Source of the DNA: an uncultured bacterium
Lineage (GTDB): Bacteria > Auribacterota > Erginobacteria > Erginobacterales > Erginobacteraceae
NCBI GenBank assembly: GCA_963822585.1
Contig: CAWGIE010000007.1
Span: 32,001 to 96,000, forward strand
Direction of reading: 5' to 3'
Length of the DNA stretch: 64,000 nucleotides
Shown: positions 60,495 through 64,000 of the stretch, one piece after another
Position numbering within the stretch: position 1 is the stretch's first letter
Layout of the letters: every line of letters begins with the position of its first letter
The notes under the pieces: generated by a model
What the model was told of the DNA's origin: nothing
Databases searched by the model: none
Seen by the model: the letters and a program-made list of their open reading frames with translations, nothing else
Translations under genes and position numbers: made by a program

Positions 60495-60712
60495 CGGGGA
60501 GCTGAGTTGCCCGCCGTGAGGGGACGCGGAGCGGACCCTTCAGGCGGGACAACTCGAGCGGGTGGATAGGCGGCAGCGCCGTCTATTCACCCGGGAGAGC
60601 GAAGCTCAGCTCCCCGATAAGCGGCGAAGGGTTAAAAATTCCACCGTTTGCCCACCCTATTTATCTTTGTCTTTCTTTTCTTTTCTTCTTCCGCGGCGCG
60701 TTCGCCGCTTAT
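60495..60712 (-). repeat. Gene-less cassette copy (218 bp)
   Basis: Same repeat at an attC core. Confidence 0.9.
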
Positions 60713-60775
60713 CGATAAGCTCAGCTGTCCGGGCCCGCACAGCGGGCCCGGGTCTGCTGGAGCGAGTGGTTAGAG
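60707..60775 (-). other. attC site
   Basis: R'' CTCTAAC; CCGGGCCCGC/GCGGGCCCGG stem; R' GATAAGC. Confidence 0.85.
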
Positions 60776-60787
60776 CTTGATATAGAG

Positions 60788-61312
60788 CTACTCTTGTTTG
60801 TAGAGACTGACCCCCGTCAAGATTGCACAAACAAGCGATACGTACATTAATCCCAACAACATAGTTATGTTCGCTGGAGCAACAAGATTTGGGTCTCCCC
60901 TATTCTGAGCTAGAGCTAGCATCACCATTCCAATAGCATAAGGTATAATTCCTACACAAAGACTGAGCAACCCAACATATGCCAGTTTCAACTGTTTCTT
61001 AATTCTGAAATAATAATATACGGCAATTAGGGGCAGGAATGTTACTACTACGGCTCTTAGTTGGAATAATTCTTGGATTCTCCAATCAAATATCCAGAAA
61101 ATATTATCCGGTATTGAAACCCAAACATCTTTTGTCAAAGCCATCCTTGGTAAAAAGGTACCGTCTAATAGTGATTCGTCTGGAATTTCTTTTGGGGGAT
61201 GATACATACTGGAGGCTAAGTAATGGGTCGTAGTCACTACCATAACTAGGATAAGAGATGCAAATATGATAATTATCCGAATCAGATTCTTCACATCATA
61301 CACCCCCAACAC
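60788..61312 (-). CDS. Hypothetical 4-TM protein (cassette)
   Basis: Hydrophobic ORF between core and attC; start uncertain. Confidence 0.65.
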   Translation of the reverse strand: MLGVYDVKNLIRIIIIFASLILVMVVTTTHYLASSMYHPPKEIPDESLLDGTFLPRMALTKDVWVSIPDNIFWIFDWRIQELFQLRAVVVTFLPLIAVYYYFRIKKQLKLAYVGLLSLCVGIIPYAIGMVMLALAQNRGDPNLVAPANITMLLGLMYVSLVCAILTGVSLYKQE

Positions 61313-61325
61313 AAACGGGCTCTAA

Positions 61326-61542
61326 CAGGGAGTTGAGTTGCCCGCCGTGAGGGGGCGCGGAGCGGACCCTTCAGGCGGGACAACTCGAGCGGGTGGATAG
61401 GCGGCAGCGCCGCCTGTTCACCCGGGAGAGCGAAGCTCAGCTCCCCGATAAGCGGCGAAGGTTTAAAATGCCACCGTTTGCCACCCCGATTTATCTTTGT
61501 CTTTCTTTTCTTTTTTTCTTCCGCGGCGCGTTCGCCGCTTAT
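61326..61542 (-). repeat. Gene-less cassette copy (217 bp)
   Basis: Same repeat with a few substitutions. Confidence 0.9.
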
Positions 61543-61608
61543 CGTAGAGCTCACCCGCTTTTGGCCGCCGCATGGCGGGTAAAAGTCTGGTGTAGCGACT
61601 GGTTGGGT
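61537..61608 (-). other. attC site
   Basis: R'' ACCCAAC; same family as 56991-57061. Confidence 0.85.
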
Positions 61609-61612
61609 AATA

Positions 61613-62500
61613 TCAAGCACTTTCTTTTTCTTCTAAAATACCAATTCGATAAAGTAAGGGATCTACTAAAATAGTTTTTCCCGTGTTTTCTAACCAATGA
61701 TTTATCTCCTTTAAGAAATCACTAACTATTTTAGCGTATTGAGGGAGGAATTTTTCGCTGACAGTATATATATTGAGTAACTTGTCGTAATGATATTGAT
61801 TAAAATCTCCAAAATCAAAAACGATGTATTTATCTTCATCTAATGGTTTCAAAAGTATGTATCGATCTGGAAATTTTGTATTTTTCTCATTCAATTCTGA
61901 ACCTTTTTTAATCTTATAATCATTTGATATATCCCCAGTATCTTCATAGAAATCGTTTAGTTGACGTTGAATAAAATGGAACGCTCGAATTTCAAGTAAA
62001 ATTGCGATTAGTGAAATAATTTGATCATCATCTAAAATTTGGAGAATAAATGGGCTATCTAATATGGATTCTAAAGCTTTTTGACTAACTGACCAGTGAC
62101 GGAATATTTGAAATCCTAAATACTTATTATTTTTTAGAATATTTTTAATTTGTTCTTCAGTAAATGAAAGAAAAGAATTAAGACCTTTAAAGGAAAAATC
62201 ATGTAAATTATAAGGCTGAACAATTTTTGTAAGTTGTCTAACTATAGTCAATAATTCGCGATCGACTTGCATTTTCGCATAATTAAACAGCTCTTTAGTG
62301 AGTTTTTTCTTGGATGATCTTTTTGATAATTCATAAATAAAATATAATAGAGGTATTGCGATAAATGCGGCAGAAATGTTCTGGAGGAGAGCTTTATACT
62401 CTGCATAGTCTTTCTTCAAACCAGATCCAATAAACAATATTCCTACTCCGGTAAGTAAACATATTAAGTAGGGCCATAATTTGATAAATGCTTTTTTCAT
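61613..62500 (-). CDS. Hypothetical protein, two N-terminal TMs (cassette)
   Basis: 295-aa AT-rich ORF. Confidence 0.75.
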   Translation of the reverse strand: MKKAFIKLWPYLICLLTGVGILFIGSGLKKDYAEYKALLQNISAAFIAIPLLYFIYELSKRSSKKKLTKELFNYAKMQVDRELLTIVRQLTKIVQPYNLHDFSFKGLNSFLSFTEEQIKNILKNNKYLGFQIFRHWSVSQKALESILDSPFILQILDDDQIISLIAILLEIRAFHFIQRQLNDFYEDTGDISNDYKIKKGSELNEKNTKFPDRYILLKPLDEDKYIVFDFGDFNQYHYDKLLNIYTVSEKFLPQYAKIVSDFLKEINHWLENTGKTILVDPLLYRIGILEEKESA

Positions 62501-62511
62501 TGACTCGCTTT

Positions 62512-62570
62512 CCCCAAGATTACTCTTCAGGCGTGGCCTTTAGGAAGTCGCTGGCAGGAGATTGTTGAGA
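62512..62570 (-). other. Degenerate attC site
   Basis: TCTCAAC..GCG..CGCCTGA..CTTGGGG; CTTGGGGAA approximates the complement of downstream R'' TTACCCAAC. Confidence 0.5.
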
Positions 62571-62579
62571 GTCCCGTTC

Positions 62580-63440
62580 TCATTTAGTCCTCTCACGGGC
62601 GCCCTCCTTGAGAATCTCAATTGCCTGTGGAGCTAAGTCTCCATCTCCATCAATGAGGCCATGGGCCTCCATATCTTGGATGAAGCGTTCAGGAAGTTCG
62701 TCTCTGATCGCTTGGAAACGGCGGTTGATACGACTCGAGGGGGCACGTGTAACGTACTCCCGCTCAAGCTGGTCAATAACATTATTCTTAAGATAGCTGA
62801 CCATCTCGGTATCGAGTTTTCGATGGGATGAGAGCGACACTCGCTGACGCAATGCCTCCGCTCTGCGCAGACGGTGCCTGAGCAGCGCCATCTCTCTTCG
62901 GGCATCGCTGAGGGCCTTCTCGCGCTCGTCCAACTGTGCAATGAATTGCTCTTTCTCCTCATCCCTTAGTTGGGCTTTGGTTGCCAGTTGCTCGATGAGT
63001 TTCTCACGTTCGGCTAGCGCCTTCTTGAGTTCTTTCTCTTCTGCCTTCAGTTCCTTTTCTGCATCCTTCACGTTGAAGCGCTGAGGTAGCCTGTCCATAT
63101 GCTCTTGCATGACTTTGTAGCCCTGGTCGAGATGATCCAGTTTCTCGCCGAAAGAACTCTCGATTCGGACAAGTAACTCTGCGATCTCTTTCGTGAACCG
63201 GTACGTATGATTATAGAATGTGTTGCTCGTGTCGGTTGCCTTGAAGTAGAAGAGGGCAGCAAGCCCAACAGAAAATAGCGCCAGCAGCAGGGAGAGAAAA
63301 GCTGCAAAGTCGAATTGGAGCGAACAGGGAGTGGTAACCATCTTATAGGCAAGCACAGCCGTCAGCACAATTACAACGAAACTGCGAACGGCAATTGGCA
63401 CAAATGCCGGTTTCTTCTCAAGGCGATCTGTTTCTGACAT
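62580..63440 (-). CDS. Hypothetical two-TM coiled-coil protein (first cassette)
   Basis: AAGGAGG RBS; two TMs then long E/K/R heptad region. Confidence 0.75.
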   Translation of the reverse strand: MSETDRLEKKPAFVPIAVRSFVVIVLTAVLAYKMVTTPCSLQFDFAAFLSLLLALFSVGLAALFYFKATDTSNTFYNHTYRFTKEIAELLVRIESSFGEKLDHLDQGYKVMQEHMDRLPQRFNVKDAEKELKAEEKELKKALAEREKLIEQLATKAQLRDEEKEQFIAQLDEREKALSDARREMALLRHRLRRAEALRQRVSLSSHRKLDTEMVSYLKNNVIDQLEREYVTRAPSSRINRRFQAIRDELPERFIQDMEAHGLIDGDGDLAPQAIEILKEGARERTK

Positions 63441-63462
63441 GAGATGTTTCCTCCTTATACCC

Positions 63463-63872
63463 AACAGATATTAGGTTGAAGGTTTAATATTGGAAAAATG
63501 CAGAATGCCCCAATATTGTAATAGACAGAATGCCTTGGTTAGACCGACATATTCATCAATCGAATTACTTTTAAGCAATGGTTCAAGTTAAAAGAATCAC
63601 GGCATCAGAACATATTGATTATAAGAATAACGGAATCACAAGGATGTTAACGTATATTTTGACAATCGAGATGAGGAAATCCTTGGTTTTATTTGATGAA
63701 ATCTCAAATTTCCCAAAGAGAAGCCGCCGCCTGCCGGATAAAAACCGGGTAAAGTGCCGATTGACCGGAAACATAATTGAACATTTGTAAATCCGGCTTA
63801 ATACCCTGAGCCGCCTCCGCCATAGCAGCGCAGCTGCGACGGCTGGAAAGGGTATAACATTTCAGCCCGGGG
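63463..63872 (-). other. attI-like leader, array-head copy (410 bp)
   Basis: Abuts first cassette core GTTGGGT; GGCATTCTG direct repeats; duplicate at 59130-59539. Confidence 0.65.
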
Positions 63873-64000
63873 TTTCCCTTCGACTCCGCTCAGGACAAGC
63901 TCCGACCCTCTCCCCTTTTAAAAAGGGGAGAGGGGGAAAGGATTCAGCATGGTTGAATAGAGATCGATCAGACAGATATTTACTCATACGATATGAAAAA

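Larger units (their letters stand above)
52038..63872 (-). mobile_element. Integron gene-cassette array (no intI in window)
   Basis: Mostly single-gene units, each followed by an imperfect palindrome whose R'' matches the core at the unit start (GTTAGAC/GTCTAAC, GTTCGAC/GTCGAAC, GTTAGAG/CTCTAAC); mixed base composition. Confidence 0.92.

Noticed and set aside
54716..61542. CRISPR array suggested by recurring repeats
   Set aside because: Repeats are 60-220 bp and separated by whole genes; no equal-length spacers or cas genes; attC/cassette structure explains them.

Overview
Bacterial chromosomal window with a GC-rich backbone, probably from an anaerobe; the lineage cannot be fixed from sequence alone. 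1-16 kb: accessory and housekeeping genes (MscS, TauE, SPFH, cupin, methyltransferase, MNT-HEPN, RibD-C, hydrogenase protease, Phd-RelE), a 5'-truncated group II intron inserted in a REP-like hairpin, and an IS1634-family element. 16.5-31 kb: minus-strand operon headed by rex, encoding a membrane-bound group 4 [NiFe]-hydrogenase, an Mrp-type antiporter module and an AsrA/AsrB-like NAD(P)H module. Most gene junctions in it carry repeat or palindrome inserts, many of them inverted 7-9-nt tandem-repeat arms, and one pair of arms encloses a four-helix-bundle (23S-IVS-type) gene. 31-52 kb: L,D-transpeptidase, ABC-F, a two-cassette integron relic, M48 peptidase, EPS glycosyltransferases, a two-component pair, thrC, HEAT and FG-GAP proteins, RsbW-like protein and TrmO. 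52-64 kb: minus-strand integron cassette array with no intI in the window. It has three TA cassettes, a duplicated 410-bp attI-like leader, two group IIC intron remnants in attC cores, and five copies of a gene-less cassette (four ~217 bp, one 115 bp) that uses a GAT core; the full copies carry a perfect 24-nt antisense copy of their own circle junction. All alignments and folds were done by eye and need computational confirmation.
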